Source: Campylobacterales bacterium
GTDB taxonomy: Bacteria > Campylobacterota_A > Desulfurellia > JAADFJ01
Assembly (NCBI GenBank): GCA_027080125.1
Contig: JALWSW010000235.1
Span: forward strand, 1-33,963
Direction: 5' to 3'
Length of the DNA stretch: 33,963 nucleotides
The notes under the pieces are model-generated. The model was given only the letters and a program-made list of their open reading frames with translations, had not been told where the DNA came from and did no database searches. A program made the translations under genes and the position numbers. Of this stretch, positions 18,676 to 31,101 are shown in pieces; within the stretch, counting starts at the first letter, position 1; each line of letters starts with the position of its first letter.

Positions 18676-20526
18676 TTATAGATTTTTTATAAGATTCAAC
18701 GCTTCTTTTACCAACGAATCGGTATCAAGACCGGATAATGACCGGAGGAGATTTTGCTCACCGTGAGGAATAAATTTATCATCTATGGCAATGACTTTTA
18801 TCGGTTTTCTTATACAGCTCTCAGCAATAATGGAGGCTATCAATTCTCCGACTCCTCCGATTTTGCTGCCTTCCTCTACGGTCATTACCGCTTTAACATT
18901 TGCAGCTGTTTTTATTATCAATTCCTTATCTATCGGTTTTATAAATCTAAGGTTAATAACCGTTGTATCTATTTTTCTTTTTTCAAGAATATCGGCTGCC
19001 TCAAGGCTGCTTTTAACCATACTGCCGCAGGCAAAAATTGCTATATCGCCTCCTTCTCTTTCAACGGTACCAGTGCCCAGGACGATTTTATTATGTTTAA
19101 TGTCAAGCGACAAAGCTTCTCCGCGTGGATAGCGAATTGCCGCCGGAGCTTTGATTTGATTTACGATTTTAATCATCTCAATAAGTTCATCTTTATCAGC
19201 GGGAGCCATTAGCACCATATTCGGAACTGGTAGAAGGTATGAAATATCAAATACTCCTTGGTGAGTTGCGCCATCGGCTCCTACGATGCCCGCTCTATCA
19301 ATCAGCAATGCCATCGGAAGATTTTGAATTGCTGCATCATGTATAACCGAGTCGTATGCTCTTTGAAGGAACGTTGAATATATTGCTACATACGGATATA
19401 TGCCGGCTGCAGACAAACCTGCAGCAAATGTTACTGCAAATTGTTCGGCTATTCCCACATCAAAAACTCTTTCAGGGAACTGCTGCTTTAATTTAGTTAT
19501 TCCTGTTCCCTCAAGCATTGCTGCGCTTATTGCTGCTCTATCTGGGTGGTTTTTGAACAATTCGAGCAGCAGGTTTCCGACAACCGAAGAATAGGATTCA
19601 GGCTTTTTTGCCGTTTTTCCTGTTTCTTTTTCAAACTTGCCTATGCCGTGAAATTTGACCGGATCCACTTCTGCGGGCTCATACCCTTTTCCTTTCTTTG
19701 TAAGCAGATGGACTATTGTAGGTCCTTTTAGCGATTTAACGTTTCCTAAAATTGTTGTTAAATCCCTAAAATTATGCCCATCTATAGGTCCGAAATACCT
19801 GAAACCCATCTCCTCGAACAGAAGTCCGGGTGAAAGAAGTTTTAAAGATACCTCAAATTTGCGTGCCATTTTTAGAAATGTTTCACTCAAGACAGGCATA
19901 CCTTTGATGATTTTTTCAAATTCGTTTCGGACTGCCGTGTAAAGATGACCGGATGATGCCTTTGAAAGATATGTGGTTATTGCTCCCAACGATTTGGATA
20001 TCGACATCTCATTATCGTTTATTATGATTGTTATATCGGAATTCATCTGGGAAGCATTATTGAGTCCTTCCCATGCGAGTCCGCTTGATAAAGATCCGTC
20101 TCCTACGATTGCCACTATCTTTTCTTTTCCATGTCTTATATCTCTTGATGCCATCATTCCAAGTGCTGCTGCAATGGCTGTACCAGCATGACCTACACCA
20201 AATTCGTCATATTCCGATTCTGCTCTGTTGGGAAAACCCGAAATTCCTTTATACTGACGCAGCGTAGATAATAGCGTTCTTCTTCCGGTCAATATTTTGT
20301 GGGCATAACATTGATGTCCGACATCCCAGACAAGCTTGTCTTTAGGCGTATCAAATATGTAATGCAGAGCAATTGTCAGCTCAACGGCGCCAAGAGAAGA
20401 GGCAAGATGACCACCGGTTTGAGAAACCGTCTCTATTATCTGCCTGCGAATCTCAGATGCCACTGTTTCCAGTTCTGAGATTCGCAGTTTTCTCAGGTCC
20501 GCCGGAGAGTTTATCTTCTCAATCAA
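18676..20526 (-). CDS. dxs: 1-deoxy-D-xylulose-5-phosphate synthase
   Basis: 616 aa with a TTG start. The N-terminus IEKINSPADLRKL is typical, as are the motifs GGHLASSLG, DVGHQCYAHKILTGR and the TPP-binding GDGSLSSGLAWEGLN. Confidence 0.93.
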   Translation of the reverse strand: MIEKINSPADLRKLRISELETVASEIRRQIIETVSQTGGHLASSLGAVELTIALHYIFDTPKDKLVWDVGHQCYAHKILTGRRTLLSTLRQYKGISGFPNRAESEYDEFGVGHAGTAIAAALGMMASRDIRHGKEKIVAIVGDGSLSSGLAWEGLNNASQMNSDITIIINDNEMSISKSLGAITTYLSKASSGHLYTAVRNEFEKIIKGMPVLSETFLKMARKFEVSLKLLSPGLLFEEMGFRYFGPIDGHNFRDLTTILGNVKSLKGPTIVHLLTKKGKGYEPAEVDPVKFHGIGKFEKETGKTAKKPESYSSVVGNLLLELFKNHPDRAAISAAMLEGTGITKLKQQFPERVFDVGIAEQFAVTFAAGLSAAGIYPYVAIYSTFLQRAYDSVIHDAAIQNLPMALLIDRAGIVGADGATHQGVFDISYLLPVPNMVLMAPADKDELIEMIKIVNQIKAPAAIRYPRGEALSLDIKHNKIVLGTGTVEREGGDIAIFACGSMVKSSLEAADILEKRKIDTTVINLRFIKPIDKELIIKTAANVKAVMTVEEGSKIGGVGELIASIIAESCIRKPIKVIAIDDKFIPHGEQNLLRSLSGLDTDSLVKEALNLIKNL

Positions 20527-20533
20527 TCTTGCT

Positions 20534-21376
20534 TTATTTAATTTTCGATAGATATGTTTTTGCCATCTCAGCCTGACTTGAATCGGGGAATCCCTTTACG
20601 ACCTTCTCAAGCAGATATTTTGCGTCAATAGAATCACCGAGTTTAAGAAAACAGATACCCTCCTTCAGTGTTGCTGTGGCGATTTTTTCCGAACGCGGAA
20701 ATCTTGTGACTATCTGGTCATACGCTATTATGGCACTGTCATACTGCTTCATCAAAAAATAAATCTCACCTTTAATAAAATAGGCAAGATCTATTCTTTT
20801 GTCATCAGGATTTTCCTTTATGAACTTATCTATCGTATCCAAAGCTTTCTTATATTCTTTCTTTTTAAAAAACGATTCGGCTCTGGTGTAATTATCAACA
20901 ACAACCGGTGACTTAGCGTTTTTACTTTGAGCAATATTGGTTTGTTGAGCCGGTTTAACCGGTGTTTTCGGAGGAACATTACTTAGGTTTTGATTTGCTG
21001 AGGATGTCGATTCGGCTTGCGTGGATTGAAGTAGCAATTGAATCTTGTTGATTCCAGCGGCAAGGGAGTTAATTTTTTCTTCAATCTGCTTTACCTCATC
21101 GGTCAATTTAGAAAGATTTGCAGAAAGCCCGTTAATTTTATTTTTGTTTTCATCTATGCTGTTTGCTTCCTTTTCGCTATAATGCTTAAACTCATCAAAT
21201 CTTCCGGTAAGGCGTTCTATCTTTGCAAGCATACTTTCATATTTAACAGTCAGGGTTGCATAGGAAGCCCTTAAATCGGTAATACGCTGCTGATTTTTTA
21301 TTACCTGTGTGCTTGTTGCTGCAAATACATTTGTAGAACTTATAACCAAAAGTAGTAATAATGCTATAATATTCAT
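20534..21376 (-). CDS. cpoB: Tol-Pal system protein CpoB/YbgF (coiled coil plus TPR)
   Basis: 280 aa. Signal peptide, an N-terminal coiled coil, a Pro/Gln-rich linker and C-terminal TPR repeats. It sits directly after pal. Confidence 0.75.
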   Translation of the reverse strand: MNIIALLLLLVISSTNVFAATSTQVIKNQQRITDLRASYATLTVKYESMLAKIERLTGRFDEFKHYSEKEANSIDENKNKINGLSANLSKLTDEVKQIEEKINSLAAGINKIQLLLQSTQAESTSSANQNLSNVPPKTPVKPAQQTNIAQSKNAKSPVVVDNYTRAESFFKKKEYKKALDTIDKFIKENPDDKRIDLAYFIKGEIYFLMKQYDSAIIAYDQIVTRFPRSEKIATATLKEGICFLKLGDSIDAKYLLEKVVKGFPDSSQAEMAKTYLSKIK

Positions 21377-21380
21377 AAGC

Positions 21381-21953
21381 CTATTGTTTTATCATCAGCG
21401 TAAAATGATCTCTTCGGTTTTTTGCCCAAGCTATTGGGTTGTGTGCCGGGTCGAGCGGTCTGTCTTTACCGTAGCTTACCGTGGAAATCTGGTCTTCTGA
21501 AACTCCGGCGGCAAGAAAATAGTTTTTTACAACGTTTGCGCGTCTCCAACCAAGGGCAATATTATACTCCTCAGTTCCTCTTTCGTCGCAGTTACCCTCT
21601 ATTCTGACCTTCACCCTCGGATGCTTAATTAGCCATTGAGCCATATTGTTCAGCAAAGAAAGATCACCATTTTTTATAATTGCCTTATCAAAATCAAAAT
21701 GTACGTCTTTAAATATGTTCAAGGATGCGTTTTTTATCTTATTTTTAAGCTCTCTGATACTAATTTCGGGTGTGATGATGCCTTTGGCCGTTGTTGTGGC
21801 GGCGGGTTTTTTTACAACAGGAGCAGCTACTTCGTTTGCCTGCTGCACGTTACTTCCAGCTTTGCCTTTTATCGCATGCTTAGCGCATCCTCCCGATATA
21901 ATCAATACTGAGAATATAGACACCGCAATAAACAGTTTTCCAAAACCTTTCAT
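21381..21953 (-). CDS. pal: Peptidoglycan-associated lipoprotein Pal (OmpA-like)
   Basis: 190 aa. Signal peptide with a lipobox-like ISGGC, and a C-terminal OmpA domain (IEGNCDERGTEEYNIALGWRRA). Its position after tolB fits. Confidence 0.88.
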   Translation of the reverse strand: MKGFGKLFIAVSIFSVLIISGGCAKHAIKGKAGSNVQQANEVAAPVVKKPAATTTAKGIITPEISIRELKNKIKNASLNIFKDVHFDFDKAIIKNGDLSLLNNMAQWLIKHPRVKVRIEGNCDERGTEEYNIALGWRRANVVKNYFLAAGVSEDQISTVSYGKDRPLDPAHNPIAWAKNRRDHFTLMIKQ

Positions 21954-22026
21954 TTTTTCCTCCCTTTAAATTTTTGTTTACCTGCAAACTTCATTTAACA
22001 ATTTACAAAATCGTATCTGCTACATA

Positions 22027-23313
22027 TTATCGCAAAAGCGTCGACCAATCAAGCGATCCTATATCCCCTTTTACCGAAAAAACAAGGTTTTCTTCTCCGC
22101 TGAACAGATTTGACAGATAGATGTAGGATTTTCCGCCTTCTTTCTTTACAAACGCCACAAATCTTCCCCCCGGAGACCATACCGGTGCTACGTTTGTAAA
22201 ACCGTTTGATAAGATTTTATAGCCACTTCCATCAATATTTATAGTTGCGATGTTTAAATTGCCATGTAAGCGGCTTACAAACACTATTTTTTTGCCATCC
22301 GGCGAGAGATTTGGAGATGTATTATAATTACCTTTATATGTTAAACGCCTTATGCTGCCTGTAGTCAGATTTTTCACATAAAGCTGGGGTGTTCCGAAAC
22401 GATTCGAAGTGTAAACAAGTTTATTACCGTATAAAATCGGAGATACGTTTATTGCTCCGTCATAGGTAAGTCGTTTTCTTTCACCGGTTGTCCTGTCAAG
22501 CAGATATATATCAACCGCATTGCCGTGAGGTGCTGAATACACTATAAATCTACCGTCCCTGGAGGGATATCCGCCTATATTTACACCTCCGAAATTAGCA
22601 ATCAGTTTTATATTTCCGGTTGTTATGTTGTATCTGTACAGAACGATCTTGTTGGCTTTTAACGAGCTGAAGTAGATGATCGATTTTCCTTGCCATTTAG
22701 GATGATAGCTTAAACTTTTGAAGTTTGTAATTTTGGTCAATCCGGAACCGTCAAATTCGCTTACGTAAAGCTCCCTGTAATTCCCTTTTTTCAGCGAGAA
22801 TGCAAACATCGATTCAAAAGGACCGTAATAGCCGAATAAAGCCTTGAAAATATCATCGGCTATATGATGAGCAAGCCACCCGCTCCCGTTACGACTGGTT
22901 TTGTATGATCTTGAAAAAATCTCTCCAAAAGGTATTCTGCGCGCAAATTTGATTTTGACCAGAATATCATTACCTTCGTTTATCAACGATCCATACAGAA
23001 GATAGGCACCCCCCAGACCCCCTGTACTATTAACAAGTTCAATATGATCCGCATCGAATTTTACCGGCAGCTCCGAATAGATTACATCAAAAAGATCGGT
23101 AGTGTCAAGGTCATGCGCTATTCGTTTTGATATGGAGAAACTATCGCTGTCGATAGCATGAATTTGTATCGCAATTTTTTGAAAATTCGGATTTTTTATA
23201 TCGATTTTAAATAGAGCGGCATCAGCTTGCAGATGAAAAGAAAACAGAATCGATATCCCAATGCCCACAATAATATTCAGTGCTGACTTAATCAAATTTA
23301 TCTGGCGAAACAT
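22027..23313 (-). CDS. tolB: Tol-Pal system beta-propeller protein TolB
   Basis: 428 aa. Signal peptide, an N-terminal TolB domain, and repeated WD-like/PD40 blades (SP..SPDG..I.F.S). Confidence 0.88.
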   Translation of the reverse strand: MFRQINLIKSALNIIVGIGISILFSFHLQADAALFKIDIKNPNFQKIAIQIHAIDSDSFSISKRIAHDLDTTDLFDVIYSELPVKFDADHIELVNSTGGLGGAYLLYGSLINEGNDILVKIKFARRIPFGEIFSRSYKTSRNGSGWLAHHIADDIFKALFGYYGPFESMFAFSLKKGNYRELYVSEFDGSGLTKITNFKSLSYHPKWQGKSIIYFSSLKANKIVLYRYNITTGNIKLIANFGGVNIGGYPSRDGRFIVYSAPHGNAVDIYLLDRTTGERKRLTYDGAINVSPILYGNKLVYTSNRFGTPQLYVKNLTTGSIRRLTYKGNYNTSPNLSPDGKKIVFVSRLHGNLNIATINIDGSGYKILSNGFTNVAPVWSPGGRFVAFVKKEGGKSYIYLSNLFSGEENLVFSVKGDIGSLDWSTLLR

Positions 23314-24037
23314 TGCATTTTAATAATATTTCCACTATTGTCTCGTTTGAGGCTTTATATGGTGGAAACGGGGCGGCCGCTCTTACGGCATCTACACATG
23401 TTTTATCAAAATAGGCATTTCCCGAACCTTTTTTCAAACTAGTCAAGATTAGCCTCCCAGATTTTGCAATCACAATTTTCACTATAGCAGTATAATTTGA
23501 TTTTTTCAACATATATTTGTTTATTTTCCATTGCCTCTCTATGAGTGCTTTTATTAGACTTTGGTAGGTGACTCCTTTGTTTGTGATATGATTTATACTG
23601 GTTTTGATGCTTTGCAGAATATCAGCCACTCTTTTTTTAAGCTTGATTTTTTTTGTCTTCTGCTCTTGTCTTATTCTTTCCTTTATTTTATTTATCAAAT
23701 TGTTGTTTATTTTGATCTTAGGTTTTTTTGCCGGCTGCCTTTTTGCTAATCTGATTCTCTTTTTCTTCCGCACCGGTTTTTTTTTATGGCTGGTTTTTTT
23801 ATGTTGCTTTGCTTTGCGACGGATTTTCGGTGAGATTTTTTTTCTCGATTTTATTTTGCGGGTTATTGGTTTTGTGTGAGTTGATATCGATACAAGATTT
23901 ATATCTATGATGTTTGAGTTTGTTGTTCGTTTCAGACTGTATGAAGTTGTATATATCAGCACAAAGAATATAAATACATGAAGTATGAGAGAAAACAGCC
24001 AGCTAAATATCGATTTTTTGCCGTTTGAATGAACCAT
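23288..24037 (-). CDS. tolA: TolA-like protein (TM anchor, Lys-rich linker, TonB-C-type domain)
   Basis: 249 aa. N-terminal TM helix, an extremely lysine-rich central segment and a C-terminal TonB/TolA-like fold segment (FDKTCVDAVRAAAPFPP). Located between tolR and tolB. Confidence 0.65.
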   Translation of the reverse strand: MVHSNGKKSIFSWLFSLILHVFIFFVLIYTTSYSLKRTTNSNIIDINLVSISTHTKPITRKIKSRKKISPKIRRKAKQHKKTSHKKKPVRKKKRIRLAKRQPAKKPKIKINNNLINKIKERIRQEQKTKKIKLKKRVADILQSIKTSINHITNKGVTYQSLIKALIERQWKINKYMLKKSNYTAIVKIVIAKSGRLILTSLKKGSGNAYFDKTCVDAVRAAAPFPPYKASNETIVEILLKCNVSPDKFD

Positions 24038-24086
24038 CTATAAACTTTACATCGGAATACCGCTAACTGCTGCTGTATTGTTAATA

Positions 24087-24479
24087 TTAATTGACTCCCG
24101 GACGTTTGGGGGTTGTAAGGAGTCCTATTTTTTGAATACCAATCGATTTTGCCATATCTATAAATTTTACAACAGTACCGTAAGGAACAGCTTTATCTGA
24201 TTTTATCAAAATCCTCTGATTGACACTTTTGGCTAATCTGATTTTTATATCTTTTATGCTGCTTTTTACATTATTAAAATAGAAAACCCCGTTTTTATCT
24301 ATACTTATTATTATATCCTTCCTGTTTACCTTTCCCTTGGAAGATCCTGCTTTCGGAAGATTAACGTTTATGCCCCTTGTAAGCATAGGAGCGGTCACCA
24401 TAACTATTATAAGAACAACCAGAACGACATCTACAAACGGTGTTATATTAATTTGCCATATCGTTTCGTTGTTTTTCAT
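24087..24479 (-). CDS. tolR: TolR/ExbD family protein
   Basis: 130 aa. INITPFVDVVLVVLIIVM is the ExbD/TolR TM signature. The start codon abuts the tolQ stop (TAGATG). Confidence 0.8.
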   Translation of the reverse strand: MKNNETIWQINITPFVDVVLVVLIIVMVTAPMLTRGINVNLPKAGSSKGKVNRKDIIISIDKNGVFYFNNVKSSIKDIKIRLAKSVNQRILIKSDKAVPYGTVVKFIDMAKSIGIQKIGLLTTPKRPGVN

Positions 24480-25046
24480 CTATTCAAGCGATTTCAATAC
24501 CGCCTCTACTCCAAGCATAATGTCGTTAATTTTATTTTTTATTATATTATAGGCAAAAACCGCCGGAATTGCTACAAACAAACCTGCTGCAGTTGTTATC
24601 AGCGCTTCGCTTATTCCCGGAGCTATGACAGTAATATTGGTTGAGCCGGATGAGCCTATTTCCGAGAATGCGTTCATTATTCCCACCACTGTTCCGAATA
24701 ATCCAATAAACGGTGCATTTGCACCGATGGAAGCAAGCAGAGTCAGGCCTTTTGATAGCTCTGTTCTTGTTTCCTCTATATATAGCTGTTTGCTCTGATT
24801 TGCCTTGCTGAAAAAGATTGCAGTCGGAGAATATTGTAATTGGCTTGAATATGAGGCAATATCGGATATTTTGCCGCCCTGCCGGATAAACCGTTTCACA
24901 ATATTTTCTTGCTTTATTATCTCTTTTATCAAAAAATATTTTTTGAAGATAACTGTCCATGACCATATCGATAGCAACGTAAGTGCAACAAGCACCAATA
25001 CGGCAACCGTGCCAATAGAGCCAATATTTATCAGAGAACTGCTCAT
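24480..25046 (-). CDS. tolQ: TolQ/ExbB (MotA/TolQ/ExbB proton channel)
   Basis: 188 aa, which is short for TolQ. Conserved C-terminal block [24 protein letters not shown] ... [15 protein letters not shown]. Confidence 0.8.
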   Translation of the reverse strand: MSSSLINIGSIGTVAVLVLVALTLLSIWSWTVIFKKYFLIKEIIKQENIVKRFIRQGGKISDIASYSSQLQYSPTAIFFSKANQSKQLYIEETRTELSKGLTLLASIGANAPFIGLFGTVVGIMNAFSEIGSSGSTNITVIAPGISEALITTAAGLFVAIPAVFAYNIIKNKINDIMLGVEAVLKSLE

Positions 25047-25456
25047 TTATATGCAGCAAGCTTAAGTAATGTCAGCAGCTTATCCGTTTCCGCTTTTACA
25101 TTGGCGTATTGTGAATCCGATTTTTCCAATTTTTCTAACGCCTGTTTTTTCTTTTCATATTGATTTTTATATTCGTCCGCGCTTTTTTTGATATCGGATT
25201 TTTCATATACTTTGTCTGCTATAACGGTAACCTTGTCTTCAAAGACATGCAGAAATCCCGATACTATACCTATAGGATCATCTTTTTTACCTTGATTTCG
25301 CAAAAACAGCACCCCCGGAGCAAGTTCGCTTATAAAAGGGGCATGAAGGGGCAGGATTCCGAAATCGCCCTCAACGCCGGTTGCCCCTATATAGTCACAC
25401 TCAACATTCCTTACTTTTTTGTTAGGTGTAATAATGATGCAGTTTAGTTTTGACAT
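25043..25456 (-). CDS. atpC: F1 ATP synthase epsilon subunit
   Basis: 137 aa. Beta-sandwich N-terminus ([18 protein letters not shown]) and a helical C-terminus. It follows atpD by 1 nt. Confidence 0.88.
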   Translation of the reverse strand: MSKLNCIIITPNKKVRNVECDYIGATGVEGDFGILPLHAPFISELAPGVLFLRNQGKKDDPIGIVSGFLHVFEDKVTVIADKVYEKSDIKKSADEYKNQYEKKKQALEKLEKSDSQYANVKAETDKLLTLLKLAAYK

Positions 25457-25457
25457 A

Positions 25458-27741
<2,284 letters not shown>

Positions 27742-27743
27742 TT

Positions 27744-29252
27744 TTACGGTTTAAAAACTTTGTCGAATTCTGATAGGATCGCCTCAATCTCTTTTGTCAA
27801 TTCATCATCCAACTTTTTCTTTTCCGATATCTTTTTGAGCACCTCAGGATATTTTGCATCAACAAAACCGTAAAGCTCGGTTTCGTAATCAGTTGCCTTT
27901 TCCACCGGATACTTATCAAGAAATCCGTGAGTTCCGGCGTATATGATGATTATCTGTTTTTCCACCGGAATAGGCTGATATTGAGGTTGCTTTAATATCT
28001 CCATCAATCTTGCGCCTCTTTCAAGCTGCATTCTTGTTGATTTGTCAAGATCACTTCCGAACTGAGCAAACGCCGCAAGCTCTCTGTATTGAGCAAGCGA
28101 AAGTCTTAGGTTTCCTGCTACCTGTTTCATAGCCTTGATCTGTGCCGAACCTCCAACCCTTGAAACCGACAAGCCTACATTCAACGCAGGTCTGAAACCG
28201 GAATAGAAAAGATCGGTTTCAAGATAGATCTGTCCGTCGGTAATCGATATGACATTGGTTGGAATATATGCGGAAACATCTCCGGCCTGCGTTTCGATAA
28301 TTGGAAGCGCAGTCAGGCTGCCTCCTCCGTTTTCATCGGAAAGTTTTGCAGCCCTTTCAAGCAATCTTGAATGAAGATAAAAAACATCTCCCGGATATGC
28401 TTCTCTGCCTGGAGGACGTCTTAAAAGCAGAGAAAGCTGCCTGTATGACTGAGCATGCTTGGAAAGATCATCATAAATTATGAGTGCATGACGACTTGAG
28501 TCTCTGAAATATTCTCCCATCGCAACACCTGAGTATGGTGCTAAAAATTGCAAAGGAGCAGGATCTGATGCTGTAGCAGAGACTACTATTGTATAATCCA
28601 TTGCGCCCTCTTCTTTAAGCTTTTTTACAACACGCGCAACGGTAGAACGTTTTTGACCTATCGCTACATATATGCATACGACATCTTTGCCCTTTTGGTT
28701 TATGATTGTATCTACTGCAATGGCGGTTTTTCCGGTTTGTCTGTCGCCGATTATGAGCTCTCTTTGACCTCTTCCTATAGGTATCATAGAGTCAATCGAT
28801 TTTATTCCGGTTTGAAGCGGTTCGTTAACCGGCTGTCTTTCAACAATTCCCGGGGCTTTTACCTCTACGAGACTGCTGTTTGATGCATTTATAGCACCCT
28901 TGCCGTCAATCGGTGCTCCCAAAGCATCCACAACGCGCCCGACAAGCTCCTCTCCTACCGGAACTTCGGCTACTTTTCCGGTGCGCTTTACAACATCTCC
29001 TTCTTTAATACCGATATCCTCACCCATAATAACAACGCCGACATTGTCCTCTTCGAGATTGAGCGCTATACCTTTTACACCATTTGGGAATATAACCATC
29101 TCATTTGCCATAACATTGTCAAGTCCGAAAACCTTCGCGATACCGTCTCCAACCGATAAAACAATACCGGTTTCGGACGTATCAACGGTTTTACCGATAG
29201 ATTCTATACGCTCACGTATAATCTGACTTACCTCACTTGCCTTTATTGCCAT
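27744..29252 (-). CDS. atpA: F1 ATP synthase alpha subunit
   Basis: Start placed at the ATG at 29252 ([17 protein letters not shown]), preceded by GGAGGAG. The track's 29264 is a TTG lying inside that RBS. Walker A GDRQTGKT is present. Confidence 0.95.
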   Translation of the reverse strand: MAIKASEVSQIIRERIESIGKTVDTSETGIVLSVGDGIAKVFGLDNVMANEMVIFPNGVKGIALNLEEDNVGVVIMGEDIGIKEGDVVKRTGKVAEVPVGEELVGRVVDALGAPIDGKGAINASNSSLVEVKAPGIVERQPVNEPLQTGIKSIDSMIPIGRGQRELIIGDRQTGKTAIAVDTIINQKGKDVVCIYVAIGQKRSTVARVVKKLKEEGAMDYTIVVSATASDPAPLQFLAPYSGVAMGEYFRDSSRHALIIYDDLSKHAQSYRQLSLLLRRPPGREAYPGDVFYLHSRLLERAAKLSDENGGGSLTALPIIETQAGDVSAYIPTNVISITDGQIYLETDLFYSGFRPALNVGLSVSRVGGSAQIKAMKQVAGNLRLSLAQYRELAAFAQFGSDLDKSTRMQLERGARLMEILKQPQYQPIPVEKQIIIIYAGTHGFLDKYPVEKATDYETELYGFVDAKYPEVLKKISEKKKLDDELTKEIEAILSEFDKVFKP

Positions 29253-29300
29253 AAACTCCTCCAACTATAATTGACAACTTTGTGTCGTTATTCGATTTTT

Positions 29301-29843
29301 TCAGTTCGTCAAATCAAACTGTTGGCGCAATTTATCAACAATATGCCGAACCGACCCATCGTAAACGACGTTTCCGGCATAAATTACAATTCCGCCCCAT
29401 ATATTCTCGTCAACTTTGTAGTCAAGAGAAATACTCTTTCCTGTCAGACTTCCAAGTGAACGTTCAATTTCCAGTTTTTCTTTTTTTGTGAGTTCTATTG
29501 CCGAAACCGCTGTTCCGGTCAGTCTCCCATATAACTGGTCGCAATAGTCTTTAAATGCTTCAACTATGCCTTCAAAAATATCGATCCTTCTATTATCAAG
29601 CAAAAAGATCAGAAATCTGCTTAGAAACCGGTCAAGTTTAAAACTCTCGATTAGTTCCTGTATAACGGTGGATTTTTCCGATATCGATATATTGGGCATT
29701 GACAGAAACCGCTTCATCCACGGTTTTGACAAAATATCATTCAGATTCTTTAAGATTTTCAGATAGTTATCGGGTTCTATCTTGTTGTCTTTTGCAATCA
29801 TCATTAACGATTTTGCGTATATTTTTGACAATCTTCTGCTCAT
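29301..29843 (-). CDS. atpH: F1 ATP synthase delta (OSCP) subunit
   Basis: 180 aa. Typical OSCP layout with a C-terminal ...GG.V...G..V.DGSV...L block. Located between atpF and atpA, with a 4-nt overlap with atpF. Confidence 0.85.
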   Translation of the reverse strand: MSRRLSKIYAKSLMMIAKDNKIEPDNYLKILKNLNDILSKPWMKRFLSMPNISISEKSTVIQELIESFKLDRFLSRFLIFLLDNRRIDIFEGIVEAFKDYCDQLYGRLTGTAVSAIELTKKEKLEIERSLGSLTGKSISLDYKVDENIWGGIVIYAGNVVYDGSVRHIVDKLRQQFDLTN

Positions 29844-30382
29844 AGCGACCTCAGGCTTGCTATAATTTTTTCATTTATTTTTTTGTGAACATTTTTGTCT
29901 GATTTTTTAAGTGTTTCAACCAATTGATGCTCCATTTTATCGAAAAGTTCCTTGAAAAGAATTTTTTTTGCAGCTTCCTGTTCACTTGTCAATGCTTCGT
30001 TGATGTTCAGCCGATAGCTTTCAGCCATCTCTTTCGCTTTACTTATTATGGTTTCACTTTGAAGTTCAGCCTTTCTCTGATACAGCGATTGAATTTTTGC
30101 TATCTGTTCGTCGACAGTCTGATAAAGTTTTTCGGTTTCGCTTAGTTTATTTTTGCTTTTTTCCAAAAGATGCTCCGCATCTTCTATTGCCTGTTTAATC
30201 GAGAGTTTGCGGTTTCTAAAGAAATCGGATATCGGTTTATGCAGAAAATAATAAAGAATGCCGACAAATATGATAAAGTCGATAACTCTCCAGCCCATAT
30301 GCGGGTCTGCTTCTGAGGCTGCCGCAGGTATTGCAAACAGGACAAATGTAAGTATAAGAGCAAAATTTTTTATTCTCTTCAT
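29840..30382 (-). CDS. atpF: Fo ATP synthase subunit b
   Basis: 180 aa. An N-terminal signal-like segment plus one TM helix, then a long charged helix. Position is immediately upstream of atpH. Confidence 0.8.
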   Translation of the reverse strand: MKRIKNFALILTFVLFAIPAAASEADPHMGWRVIDFIIFVGILYYFLHKPISDFFRNRKLSIKQAIEDAEHLLEKSKNKLSETEKLYQTVDEQIAKIQSLYQRKAELQSETIISKAKEMAESYRLNINEALTSEQEAAKKILFKELFDKMEHQLVETLKKSDKNVHKKINEKIIASLRSL

Positions 30383-30801
30383 TTTGTCTCCATCAGCATA
30401 ATTATCTTTTCTGCAAGAAGGTAAGCCTGAGGTTCTATCTGTGCTTTTTCATTCTCAATATCTTTCCATAAGTTTTTGCTTTTTTTCTGCAATATCGCCT
30501 CGGCTTCCTCTTTTGCGTTTTGCTTTATCTGTTCGGCTTGAACATGCACCTCTTCCAATGTTTTAGTATAAGCAGTTTTTGAGTTCTCTTCCGCAACGCT
30601 GAGCTGCTGTTTATATTTTTTGCTTAATTCGTCAGCCTTTTGGGCTATCAGAGATGCCTCCTCGCGTTTTGCATCAATATCTGCATCTCTTCTTGCGATA
30701 TGGGTCAATACCGGCTTGTATAATATTTTGTTTAGTATTACCATAAGTAACAAAAAAGCCAGCCCCTGAGCTATAATCCAGTGTGTAATCTGAATACCCA
30801 T
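30379..30801 (-). CDS. atpF2: Fo ATP synthase subunit b-prime
   Basis: 140 aa. Single N-terminal TM helix followed by a charged helix (L.KP....I..R...I). It overlaps atpF by 4 nt. GTGAGG lies upstream of the ATG. Confidence 0.75.
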   Translation of the reverse strand: MGIQITHWIIAQGLAFLLLMVILNKILYKPVLTHIARRDADIDAKREEASLIAQKADELSKKYKQQLSVAEENSKTAYTKTLEEVHVQAEQIKQNAKEEAEAILQKKSKNLWKDIENEKAQIEPQAYLLAEKIIMLMETK

Positions 30802-31073
30802 AAAAACCTCACTTTAAACTTATTTTCCAATATCATTCGGTGTTTTACAAAGATGCCTTCCGAACAATAACACGGGCACCCTCAGACATCTCAAATACCG
30901 TTACAAAGCGTTTGCATAGTTGCCTTTTTTGCAACCCGTGCCTGTTGTGGCATACTCAAAATATCATCAAAATATTATCAAGCCGCTTAAAAGACCGGTC
31001 GTCTTTTAAATTTATTCAAAGCCCTTAAGCTATATCATCTTTATAAAATCAACTGTAATTTTAATCTGTTGAA

Positions 31074-31101
31074 ACATTATCAAAAAAATTTTTTTTGTCA
31101 A
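31074..31101 (-). promoter_or_regulatory. Candidate distal promoter for the atp array
   Basis: Minus strand reads TTGACA (31101-31096), 16-nt A/T spacer, TAATGT (31079-31074). This would give a leader of about 270 nt. A weaker proximal alternative is TTGTAA (30850-30845), N17, GAAAAT (30827-30822). Confidence 0.3.

Noticed and set aside
18754-20576. Series of plus-strand ORFs (152, 115, 64, 61, 95, 72, 64 and 67 aa) antisense to dxs
   Set aside because: All lie inside the well-supported dxs gene, and the longest is in the codon-aligned shadow frame. The products are Ser/Phe/Ile-rich with no motifs.
23600-23880. Repetitive A/T-rich, poly-Lys-coding stretch that looks like a tandem repeat
   Set aside because: It is the lysine-rich linker of the TolA-like protein. 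The low-complexity coding sequence has no regular repeat-spacer periodicity, so it is not a CRISPR array or a satellite.
24547-25059. 170-aa same-strand alternative-frame ORF covering most of tolQ and the end of atpC
   Set aside because: It starts on TTG with no Shine-Dalgarno sequence. The translation is Cys/Arg/Asn-rich and unlike any family I recognise, whereas the tolQ frame carries the conserved MotA/TolQ/ExbB block. Most likely it is open by chance. Ribo-seq would be needed to argue otherwise.
30979-30997. AAAAGAC-CGGTC-GTCTTTT hairpin as a possible bidirectional terminator after rrf2
   Set aside because: Only 3 of the 7 stem pairs are G:C, and the T-run is itself part of the stem. It is too weak to call a terminator, so it is mentioned only as part of the possible leader structure.
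30840-31028. 62-aa plus-strand ORF (GTG start) in the atp upstream spacer
   Set aside because: It has no RBS, is oriented against both flanking genes, and has a non-protein-like composition. I treat the region as a leader or promoter instead.
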